From positions 16,784,523-16,848,522 of the forward strand of contig NC_069006.1 of NCBI RefSeq assembly GCF_001194135.2: a DNA stretch of 64,000 nt, in the 5' to 3' direction. Positions within the stretch are counted from its first letter, which is position 1. Each line of letters begins with the position of its first letter. The notes below the pieces were generated by a model, which worked only from the letters and a program-made list of their open reading frames with translations, did not search any database and was not told the DNA's origin. Below are positions 1-12,000 of this stretch, in pieces. The stretch comes from Octopus bimaculoides (Eukaryota). A program made the translations under genes and the position numbers.

Positions 1-545
1 AGAGAGAGAAAGATAGATAGAGAGATACGTAGAAAGACAGATAGAGAGAGAAAGATAGATAGATAGAGAAAGATAGATAGAGAGATACGTAGAAAGACAG
101 ATAGAGAGAGAAAGATAGATAGAGAGATACGTAGAAAGACAGATAAAGAGAGAAAGATAGAGAGATACATAGAAAAATAGATAGAGAGAGAAAGATAGAG
201 AGATACGTAGAAAGATAGATAGAGAGAGAAAGATAGATAGAGAGAGAAAGATAGATAGAGAGAGAAAGATAGATAGAGAGAGAAAGATAGATAGAGAGAT
301 ACGTAGAAAGACAGATAGAGAGAGAAAGATAGATAGATAGAGAAAGATAGATAGAGAGATACGTAGAAAGACAGATAGAGAGAGAAAGATAGATAGAGAG
401 ATACGTAGAAAGACAGATAAAGAGAGAAAGATAGAGAGATACATAGAAAAATAGATAGAGAGAGAAAGATAGAGAGATACGTAGAAAGATAGATAGAGAG
501 ATGCGTAGAAAGATAGATAGAGAGAGAAAGATAGATAGAGAGAGA
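1..545. repeat. Compound (AG)n/(AGAT)n satellite with higher-order units
   Basis: Repeated AGAGAGAAAGATAGATAGAGAGATACGTAGAAAGACAGAT, with a block duplicated at an offset of about 274 bp. Confidence 0.9.
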
Positions 546-784
546 CAATATAAACAAGGATATAAATAAAGAAAGAGAGATAACCAGAATTGTGTAGATA
601 TCATCATCATCTTCATCATCGTTTTAACCACTACTTTTCCATGTTAGCATGATTCAGATGAAATTCAGTGAGACAGAATTTCTGAGGCAGGATGCTATTC
701 CTGTTGCCAACCCTCACATGTTTCCGAAGTAGTAATACTTCACTAGTAAACTGTTGTATTATGCCAATTATCTTCTATCAGCAC

Positions 785-1079
785 TGTGGTGTTATGGGCT
801 GTGATGAGCTATGTGTTGTGGTGGAGAGGGGTGAGGCAAACAGAGGTGAAGCCAGACCGGAAGGGTCAGATCGGAAGTCGGCGACACGCGGTCGAAGGCT
901 AGCACGTGGGGCCAGTGAGAAAACAGCGACGTTACGAGAAAGACGTGTTCTGATTAAGAGCGATCGTGTACCCCGCTGCGGTCGTCAAGGTAAGGTCCAA
1001 CGCTTCATTCTGTCCTTTTGCTTCTTGTTGTCTTCTTCCTCCATCACACCACAAGCTCATCACAGCCCATAACACCACA
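785..1079. mobile_element. 295-bp non-autonomous element with 26-bp perfect TIRs, TG...CA ends and a 5-bp TSD
   Basis: TGTGGTGTTATGGGCTGTGATGAGCT (785-810) is the exact reverse complement of 1054-1079. AGCAC occurs at 780-784 and 1080-1084. Confidence 0.8.
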
Positions 1080-1790
1080 AGCACGAGGCCCAGTCAGGCG
1101 GTACTGGCAACGGCCATGCTCAAATGGTGTTTTTTACGTGCCACCAGCACAGGAGCCAGTCCAGCAACACTGCAATGACCTCGCTTAAATGTTTTTTTAA
1201 CACTTATTTGTACTGTGCAGGAACAAGCACTTAGGACGTATACTAAATGCAGAATTGACAATACAACGGAAAGTGATAAGTCCAAGTTGTGTGGTGATAA
1301 AGGTGAGATTGTAAGGTATATTGTGAACGAGTACACAAAGCTGGCCCAAAAAGGATACAAAAAGAAGACATGATAATGTTGCAAGAGTGATTCTTTGCGA
1401 GCTGTGTGGCAAGTATAGATTGAAAAAAGGCAAAGATGTGTTACAGGAAACTCTCAGGAGTAATTGAGAATGACAAGGGAAAGATACTGTAGGCTGTAAT
1501 GTCTAAAATGATCATGAAATTAAACATGCAAAGCTGGATATAGAGGTTGTGAATAAAGAGGGGAAAAAAAAAAGCTGCTTAAACATAAATATTGCATGCC
1601 CTGCTGATGCCAGTGAATTAGAAAAAGAAGGAAATCAGGTCAGACATGATGTGATAAGGGAAATATAAAGACTGTGGTCATTGAAAGTGAAAGTTATACT
1701 GTAAGTATCAAGATCGCAAATTTGCTTGAAAAGAGAAGGGTAAATGTGCAAGAATCCTCCACAGAGTTCTTGAAATCTGAATGAAGAGTG

Positions 1791-3892
1791 TTACCTAAGT
1801 CCACTGGGTATGGAAAGCTGACACTTTAGTATATTTTCCACTGAAGTTGCTATATTACACATTATGATGATTGATTTACAATAAAAGACTGAATCAATGA
1901 TTTGAATGCAAGTAAAATCTCTCTCACCTGTATAATGAGTTGTAAAATTCTCTATGGATGTTATGTCTCCTAAAAGGATCTGGTAGTCACTGTCAGGAGT
2001 GTAGTAAGAGCTGGGATCAGTGTAGTCTCTTAAATTTGCTCCTACTTTTTTTTCAGTTTCTTGAAATATTTCTGAAAGATATGTTTTTGACTTGATGTTA
2101 TTTAAATTTTAGTCTGGACAAACATTTATTTCTACCAAATATAGCTGGGACTGTTGACATCTCCCCCTTGTAAAGCCAACTTCACACAGGAATTTGAATT
2201 CAAAGCATAAAGTAGTGTAGCTAAATACCTTGGAACCTACCCTGAAATCCAATTCACTCATCTCCCTTTCTCTTGTACAGTCTATATGCCCTACCCTGGG
2301 GCCCACACTAATTATAATAGATATGTTATCATTTTAATCAAAGTCGTTGTCATGGTCATCACCGCCATCTGCCGCAGCAATGACACAATCATCAATGTTA
2401 CCATCACATCCTCATCATCAACATTTTATATTCATTTTTCCATACTGATATAGGCTGGATGGTGTCTTACAACATATTGTTACCCCACAATGGTCCTTTG
2501 TCTTCCATCCCACTATGGCAATTTATCTTGCAGTGTGTGAATACAAAGCAAACTGCCAGTGGCAACTTACCATATTCAAACTGATAAGAGGTATTGTATT
2601 GATCCACCAGCTTGAAATGTTCGAATATGGCTGGAGTATCTGAAATATCTGTAACAGAAAACAATAGCAAGATTATGTTTAAAGAATAATGATATAATCA
2701 CATCTGCAATGCAGAAGGGATCAAATAGATCATGGCAAATTAACTTGGAAGCACCTCCACATATCTTTGGCTAAACAGATTACTCGAAAAAAAAATGTAT
2801 TCCAGCTAGTTCAACTGATCAGTACAGCAGTCCATACAGAGTCAAAGAGTTGTTTACTGGTCTTGTCTTGGGCATCCTGTAAATCTTGTGTATGCAACAA
2901 AGGTATGTCATTTATCGAACAAAAACAAATGGATAATTCAAAACATCACTACACACATTTCAGTAGCATAGTATATTCACAAATATTAAGTCTGTTACAT
3001 AACTTAGATTACATTAAATAAATCCTAGTGTTATATAACCACTCAATTTCATCAGGTATTCTGTCAAATATTTTGGTGAAATACAACGAATCTATGAGGG
3101 GAGGAGATATTTCTAACCAACTAGAATGAAACAAGTATTTTCAATGTAGAGTGGAGATATTAAAATTGGCAATCAATTAAACAGCATACTTCCAAAGGTA
3201 ACTAAAGTAATGTATGCTCATCCTAGAGTAGAGTGGTCAAGCATATTCAGTTCATATGTTGGAATATATAGCTAAGTCATATTTTGATGGATAGTTAATG
3301 ACTAGTAGTAAACAATACAATTACCTCCAAAACAAGACAGCCAACCAATGCAAATTGACTGGGAAAGAAGCTCTTTGTATATATCAACCGATGCTGGTGT
3401 GTTTACATCCCCGTAACTTAGCAGTTTGGCAAAAGAGACCAACAGAATAAGTACTAGGCTTACAAAGAATAAGTTCTGGGGTCGATTTGTTCGACTAAAA
3501 GGCGGTGCTCCAGCATGGCCGCAGTCAATTGATTGAAAGAAGTAAAAGAATATATTAATGTTATGGTTTTGCAACCATAATATACTACCAAGTATCTTAA
3601 ACTTTTGAAAGTCGATAGTGTATCTTACTTTTTGTGTCAGCAGTGCAATGTTCTCATTTTTAACTTTGATCTTAATAGAATTTGTATAGAATTCAGAACC
3701 AGCTCTGCAAGTTATGACATTTCATATACGAATGCTATTATGACATTTCGTAAATGATACAATCAAGGATAGAAAATATAGGTAGGTATTTTCCTCTCTT
3801 CAATCACATTGTCTACTTAAAAGTATTCATATACAAAACATTGTAACTTGCAGTGTTGACTCTAAATTCTATAGAAGATCAATCGAGTTAAA

Positions 3893-3940
<48 letters not shown>

Positions 3941-6407
3941 ACAGGAAGAAATATAAATATATCTATAAAATTTATAAATGTTTCATATGCAAAAATCTGG
4001 CAGAATAATGAGACAAAAGATGTGAAAATAATGATGAAGATGATGATGAAGATTGTGGTGATGGTAGTGACTAGCAGGTAAGTAAGAATAATAAGAAGGT
4101 CTTTGCCTTACCATCTAAAGCACTGTATTTAGTAAGGTTGTTGTTATTGTTCAACAGTCCTGCAGGTATTTTTCTTTTACTTTTTGCTTTTGGCTGTGTA
4201 GTATCATGTTGGATTTTAACATTCCCAGATTTGTAGATTTCGTATGCAAGGAGATTCCTGATAATAGATGTGGTAAATGTACTGGTAATTATAGCTGACA
4301 TAACATTAGGGACAATGTCAGTAAGATAAAAATCCATGGAAAATGAAGATGACACATCTGTTCATCTCTCATGCTCCCACAAATTTACTTTTCCGCCCAC
4401 ACCAGTTCTCTTTATTCACCTTCCTAGAATTTATGATTATGCCCTGGCACATTGTCCTTCTCTTCCAACAGAGACAACTAGGTTTCCCCCACTACAGCAA
4501 AGCACTTATTGTTGTCCTCCAATCATACTTTAACATCTCATCACCTGGCATAAAGAAACCTCCCTCAATAGTTGGCATGGACTTGTCTCTCTAGGTTCTT
4601 GATGCTTAGTTTGAAGCCTGCTAACTTGTCTCAGTTGATGTGTCTTCCTAAATACCTATGTTACTTCTCTACTATGTAACTAGTGGAGGCGCAATGGCCC
4701 AGTGGTTAGGGCAGCGGACTCGCAGTCATAGGATCGCGGTTTCCGATTCCCGTTGTGAGTGTTTATTGAGCGAAAACACCTAAAGCTCCACGAGGCTCCG
4801 GCAGGGGATGGTGGCGAACCCTGCTGTACTCTTTCACCACAACTTTCTCTCACTCTTTCTTCCTGTTTCTGTTGTGCCTGTAATTCAAAGAGTCAGCCTT
4901 GTCACTGTGTCACGCTGAATATCCCCGAGAACTATGTTAAGGGTACACGTGTCTGTGGAGTGCTCAGCCACTTGCACGTTAATTTCACGAGCAGGCTGTG
5001 ACAGAGTACCAACAACAACAACTATGTAACTGATCACTTCAATCTTCAAAGTATCTAAGATCATAACAGGGATATTGTCCACTTATGCTTCAGACTGATC
5101 CAAATTGATCAGAGCTCCACCAAAGCCAGCTTTCATCCCTACCCTCTCTATGATGCATCACATAAGGTGGAGGTTGTCAAGGATAGATCTGTGTGAGATT
5201 GCACACATTTGTGCTTCCCCAACAGCAGTTTTCCATGATTTATACACAATTTCTTCACAAAAATAACAGACCTGATGTCAAGTGTGGCTTACCCAGCTGA
5301 CAGCCATAACAACAACAACAACAAAACGGACAGACAGAAATAATGGGGTACCTTTCATAATAGCTTCGGGCAACATGACCTTTGTATTTCTGTAATGTAT
5401 TTGTTACCTCACGGTATATAACAGCCCACTTCCTTTTATGTGTTACCTGTAATGGTAGATATTGGTAGAACAGTAGGTAAATGAAACATATATATACATA
5501 TACATATACATACATTTGTCTCTCTCACCAAGGTCAGCGGCTATCGGACGCCGACGAAGGGAAATAACCCTGAAATCCGGATCCGTTCGTGCTGCAGATG
5601 TTGGTGAGAGGGATAACTACCCTTGGCAAACAGGACACAGTCGTGTGTCGATAAGCCAGCTGGAGGAGATGTCCTCCTGGGGCTGAAAGCAACAGTAACA
5701 TCCACCCCTAGGGGTCAGCCACACTTAAGTGGCAATATACTACACTTTATCGTGCAGTTACTGTTAATACTTCATTTAGAGAATTAACATTGCTTGTTTT
5801 CACCTTTTCGATATCAGTGAAGAATTTCACTTGAAAAGAAGATATAAGATTGCCAGGTTTTTGTNNNNNNNNNNNNNNNNNNNNNNNNNNNNNNNNNNNN
5901 NNNNNNNNNNNNNNNNNNNNNNNNNNNNNNNNNNNNNNNNNNNNNNNNNNNNNNNNNNNNNNNNNNNNNNNNNNNNNNNNNNNNNNNNNNNNNNNNNNNN
6001 NNNNNNNNNNNNNNNNNNNNNNNNNNNNNNNNNNNNNNNNNNNNNNNNNNNNNNNNNNNNNNNNNNNNNNNNNNNNNNNNNNNNNNNNNNNNNNNNNNNN
6101 NNNNNNNNNNNNNNNNNNNNNNNNNNNNNNNNNNNNNNNNNNNNNNNNNNNNNNNNNNNNNNNNNNNNNNNNNNNNNNNNNNNNNNNNNNNNNNNNNNNN
6201 NNNNNNNNNNNNNNNNNNNNNNNNNNNNNNNNNNNNNNNNNNNNNNNNNNNNNNNNNNNNNNNNNNNNNNNNNNNNNNNNNNNNNNNNNNNNNNNNNNNN
6301 NNNNNNNNNNNNNNNNNNNNNNNNNNNNNNNNNNNNNNNNNNNNNNNNNNNNNNNNNNNNNNNNNNNNNNNNNNNNNNNNNNNNNNNNNNNNNNNNNNNN
6401 NNNNNNN

Positions 6408-6454
<47 letters not shown>

Positions 6455-9021
6455 CACACACACATACACACTCATATACATATATATACACTCACACACA
6501 AATACAAGTATATAGACACACCTACACACAAGACATGCATACACTGCATATGCACACTTACAATCATATGCATACATCCACACTATATTCATGTTCGCAT
6601 ACACAAAAACAGGTGCATATATACTCAACCCTTCATACATGCCCACCACAGTCATGATTTACATCTACTTACAGTGCTATAACCGCCTGCATCCAGTACC
6701 ACACAGTAGAACTGGTATGTATCAATAGTGATATTTTCCCACATTGCAACCTCAAGGTGCATGTTGTTGGAAGTCAGGAACTGTTTCAAATCCACTGTGA
6801 AATCTGCTTCATGTCTGTGGTAATTCTACAATGATAATAATAATTATTTCTATTACAGGAACAAGGCCAGGAACTTTCAGGGGAGGTGGTTTAACCCTTT
6901 TGATACCGTATTTATTTTGAAATGTTTTGTGTTTCTTTCAAGTATTTTAAATATAAAAAAGAATTTAGTAAAATAACTTAAGTTATCATTAAGCTGATGT
7001 TAGGAACATAAATTGTGACTAAGGTTTGGTGGAAGATTTTAATTCAAAACTTATGAAAACAAAAACATTTGTACTACAGAGCCAGGGGCGGTTTCAGCCA
7101 GGTTGGTAACGAAAGGGTTAATCGATTACAACAATCTCAGTACTTGCTTGGTACTTTATTTTATTGACCCCTGAAGGACAAAAGGCGAAGTTTATCTAAA
7201 TGAAATTCAAACTGAGAACATAATGATTCAGAAGAAATATTATTAGGAAATTTGTCCGATGCTCTGATTCTGTTGATTTCCTGCCTATACAGATAATAAT
7301 CACAATAATTTCGTTTTGGGATTTGGTTTGCAAGATTTTTTATGTGATTTCGTGCAACCTGTCTTAATGGACAGTCAAGACTATTGATAAGGTTGCAAGA
7401 CGCAACGAAAATTTTAGGAAAATAAAAAAATAAGTGGAAATTTTACCGGTGAGTGTGTAAAAATTTTAAGGCACAATAAGAAAATGACTCTCCCCAGACA
7501 CAACAGAATCACAATGATTGTTTGTAACATAAATATAAGAAATTTGAGAGGTGAGATTAATCAGTTAAATCAAGCTAGTATTTGACTGGTACTTTATTTT
7601 ATTGATGCAGTGGAATTCAAACTCAGAATGTGAAGTGCCAGGAAAACACCATACAGTATTTTGCCTGATATTCTGATGATTCTGCCAAATAAAAACAACA
7701 GTTTTCTTTTTCTCTTTAGTATTTTAATATAGGAACAAGTCCTAAGGTGGCAAACCATCAGAATCATGACCACACTGGGAAAAATGCTTAGTGGCATTTT
7801 GTCCATCCTTACATTCTGAGTTCAAATTCCACCGGGTTGACTTTGTCTTACATCCTTTTGGGGATTGATGAAATGAGTACTTTGTGCCTAGAGTAGAAAA
7901 GATTTATTTTGTAGCTTCAAGATTTTGATGATGTGATTGTTTATTTTTAGAATGACATGATAGGGTAGGTGTGAAAGGCCAGATCTGGGTGGCTTAAATA
8001 TAAAACAAGTAGAATGGTTGGGCCAGATATGACCAGTTTAAAAGCTAAAGGGTTAAACAATAACAAAACCAACATCAACAGCTGCACCAATAACAGCAAC
8101 AACAATAGCAATAACAACAACAAGAAAAACAGAGGGACAGCTGAATAGGAAAAAAGAGAGAAAATAGGTGGGGGGAGGGGAGAGAAGAGCGACCTTATCA
8201 CCTGATAACAGAAGTTACCTCTATATCTTGTGTAAGTTTTTCTTCCAAGCTCATGTTTAGTGTGGGGTTCCTTGCAAAGGGAGTCATTACTGTTGTACTA
8301 TTACTCTGATTCACCTTGATGTTCTGGTCATTACACGGGTCCTGTGGTGTCTTTGGGTAGACAGATGCATCATAGACCGTAGAACTGCCTACAGATAGAT
8401 TGATAGATAAGTAGGTACTTAGTTTGGTAGGTAGCTATACAGGTAGGCAACCAAGCAGACAGACACACACACACACATACATATATAATCATAATCATAT
8501 ATGTATATCATCGTCATTGTCCCCCTGCATGTACCTTGGACAAGTGTTTTCTACTATAGCCCTAGGACAACCACAGACTTGTGATTGAACTTGGTAGACG
8601 GAAACTGCAGAGTTGTTCATCAGAAAATGACTGTAAAACATGTTCATAAAGAAATCTTATTTGCATCATATTCCTCATGTGCCGATTCTGCCCATAAGAA
8701 AGGAACAAATAATACAATGTGGCTACAGGTCATAACACCCAGGCAACACCTAGGTGCATTGCTAGTGAATTCTTTTATAAGAATTTATCAAGTAGCTAGC
8801 GTGAAAAAAACCTCATAAGGGAAAAATCCATCATTTATTCCCCAAAATATATTTATTTATATAAGGGCATTACTATACATGAATGCCTCACGCTAAGAGG
8901 GACTCTAAGGTCAAACTACCATAATTTCCTTGCGTTCGGTAAAAATGTGTTTATTATGGTAGTTTGACCTTAGCGTCCCTCTTAGCGTGAGGCATTCATG
9001 TATAGTAATGCCCTTATATAA

Positions 9022-9062
<41 letters not shown>

Positions 9063-12000
9063 ATGGGCTTCTTTCAGTTTCTATCTACCAAATCTACTTG
9101 CAAGGATTTCATCAGCAAGGGAATAGTAAAAGACACTTAGTGCTGCACATTAAGACTGAACCCAAAGCCACACAGTCATGCCTATATATATATATATATA
9201 TATATATATGACAAACAGAGAGACTGATAGACAGAAACACACACACATGTATATATGTGTGTATGTACAGACATCACCAACTTCATCTACCAGGGCAGCG
9301 TTATTTCTACAGAGGGGAATACTAAAGTAGATGTCAACTCCAAAATCAGATGTGAAACAGCAGTGTCCCCACGAATGAATAAAACCAGGGTCAGTACTTC
9401 AATTAGCAGCCAAATGAAAATCTTGCTCTACCAGAGCACTGTCCTGCCAACAGCAGTCTACAGAAGAGAAACTTGGAAACAACTGCCAAGATCACTCAGA
9501 GGTGGAATGCATCCTCCAATGGTATCTAATCAGAATACTCAAGAACATCCATAGCATCCTGAGAAAAGCCAATATGAACAGCCGGCAGGAGACTGTGGCA
9601 GAAGGAAGAGTGAGACTTGCAGGTCATGTTTTCTGACTGCCAGAAGAAAGAATACCCAAGACATTATACAATGGGTACCACTAGAAAGACAAAGGAAGAG
9701 AGTGAGACCTAAGAAGACATAATCTACCATCTTCAAGGAAGATCTGAGGCAACTACCACCACACAACACACAACACAACTACACACAACACAGCTACACA
9801 CACCACCACAACACAATTACCACCAGTACCACACACCTTGTTCAACTCACCTGATCCAACAGAACTACTCTCTATATATTCAGAGACAATGTTTTCTTCA
9901 CTATCAAAGAAATGTTGCCTCTTATCAAGAGAGTGACTACAATGGGTATAGCCTTCTTGTACTCTTATGTCCTGAAGTTTTGCTGCCACTGTAACTGCAG
10001 CTGCTGTTGTTGATGTTGCTGTCACTTGTGTCAATCTGGAGAGTTTGGGGTTATCACAACTAAATTCCAATACAGGTTTATCAAAGAAACTATGTTCTCC
10101 TCTTCTGGCACTTGAAGTCATGACTCTATTGTTATTGATGTTATTCTTGCCTATTTTGGTACTGTGTTCTCTTCCAGTATGATTGAAGACACATCTTTTC
10201 AGTCTGACAGACTTGGACAACTTCTGAAAGATCTCTGCCTCTTTCAGGGCCCCTTCAATACTGTTTCCTCTGAATATGCTTTTACGACCCTTATTTTTAG
10301 GCATATACTTCTGTTTGACAATGTAATAAAATAAGTTATAAATACAAATATAATATAAATACAAATATAAGAAGAGAAATTACATATTGTTTGCTCATAT
10401 AGTCACAAGACGAGAAATTTAGATGCAGGATCATTTGTCTATTGAACTGACTTCAGTACTAGTGTTTCGTTTTGTAGAACATGGAAGACTGAAAGCACAG
10501 TGGACCTCAGTATGTGAAGAATTGGAGCAAATAAAGCAAGGCATTTTGGCAGACACTTTAGCAATTTAACCAATCCAATGCTTTTATAACAAGTCACAGG
10601 TATATATAAATATGATAAAATAAAATGACACAGTTCTATATTTAAGAGATGAGGAATTATGTAGCCTGACTGGCCTTCGTAGGGTTTTCGAGCGAGATCG
10701 TTGCCAGTGCCCCCTGGACTGGCTTTTGTGCGAGTGGCACATAAAAGACACCATTTCGAGCGTGGCCGTTGCCATAACCGCCTGACTGGCCTTCGTGCGG
10801 GTGACACGTAAAAGTACCCACTACACTCTGAGTGGTTGGCGTTAGGAAGGGCATCCAGCTGTAGAAACTCTGCCAAATTAGATTGGAGGCTGGTGTTGCC
10901 ATCCGGTTTCACCAGTCCTCAGTCAAATCGTCCAACCCATGCTAGCATGGAAAGCGGACGTTAAACGATGATGATGATGATGATGATTTACATTTGATGG
11001 ATATTTGTCCTCATCTTGGCGTAGTGATTAAGAGCGCGGGCTACTAAACCCAAGATTCTGAGTTCGGTTCCAGGCAGTGACCTGGGCGGTGGCAGCAGCG
11101 ACGATGACGACATCGAAAAATACCTTAGGAATGAGAACCCAGGTTCAAAATTTCCCCAAGATACCTGATGAAGGCTGAAGGGTATATCAGCCGAAATGTT
11201 GTGTTAGCAACAAACAAGATGAGGACAAATATCCGTCAAATGTAAATAATGTAAAATAAAATGATTTCTAAGAATGGCACACGGGGTACTTAGTCAATTC
11301 TATCAATCCTACAACTTTGTTGGTACTTCATTTTATCAACCTCAGAAGTTTTTATTCAATTTAAATATAACAAAATATAATATTATATAGAATATAACAA
11401 AACATGGTTGAGAAGCAAACATAACCATCCCTGAAACTATAACGTGTGTGTGTGTGTGTGTACACAAATAATAGGTCAGTGTAAGCATTAAAATATATAT
11501 TATAAAACCAATGAACAAAAAATTTCATCATCATCATCACCATTTAGCATCTATTGTCCATGTTGGCATAAGTTGGACAGTTTAACCAAGGCTGGTAGGC
11601 TGAGGGGCTGCATCAGACACTAGTCTTATTTGGTATGGCTTCTATGGCTGGATGCCCTTCCTAATGCCAACCACTCAGAGTGCAATGGATGTTTTTACGT
11701 GCTACTGGCATGGGTGTCAGTTTGCATGACACCAATATCTGCCATGCCTAAGATTTTACATGGCTTGATAGGTCTTCTTCTCATAGTATATTGCTAAATG
11801 TCTTGGTCTTTTGTCATTGCCTCCGTGAAGCCCAGCACTCAGGTGCTTTTTACATGCCACTGACCACAACTATGATTTCACTTAGGTTGATGGGTCTTCT
11901 CAAGCATGGCATATCGCCAGAGGTCTCGGTCACTAGTCATTGCCTCCGTGAGGCCCAACATTTCAAGATCATGCTTCACCACCTCATCTCATGTCTTCTT

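Noticed and set aside
1-545. Tandem duplication of about 274 bp within the AG/AGAT satellite
   Set aside because: Expected slippage or an assembly effect in simple repeats. There are no unique spacers, so it is not CRISPR-like.
2109-2306. ORF MGPRVGHIDC...
   Set aside because: It lies in an intron of the ZCWPW-like model and has no recognisable motif; the adjoining true exon is 2071-1928
4685-4760. tRNA-like sequences (also 11018-11085, 16290-16372, 38950-39024 and 46055-46110)
   Set aside because: These are SINE heads with no proper acceptor stem, continuing into SINE bodies with TSDs, so they are not tRNA genes
5800-5864. Minus-strand KFFTDIEK|GT looked like an ARID helix exon
   Set aside because: The ARID frame is already complete and phase-consistent through 6825-6673 and 5446-5352. 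There is no usable acceptor visible, although the adjacent gap could hide one.
5747-6682. Long ORFs spanning N runs (also 20823-21704, 49574-50731 and 61606-62425)
   Set aside because: They are artefacts of N gaps plus (TA)n/(CA)n repeats
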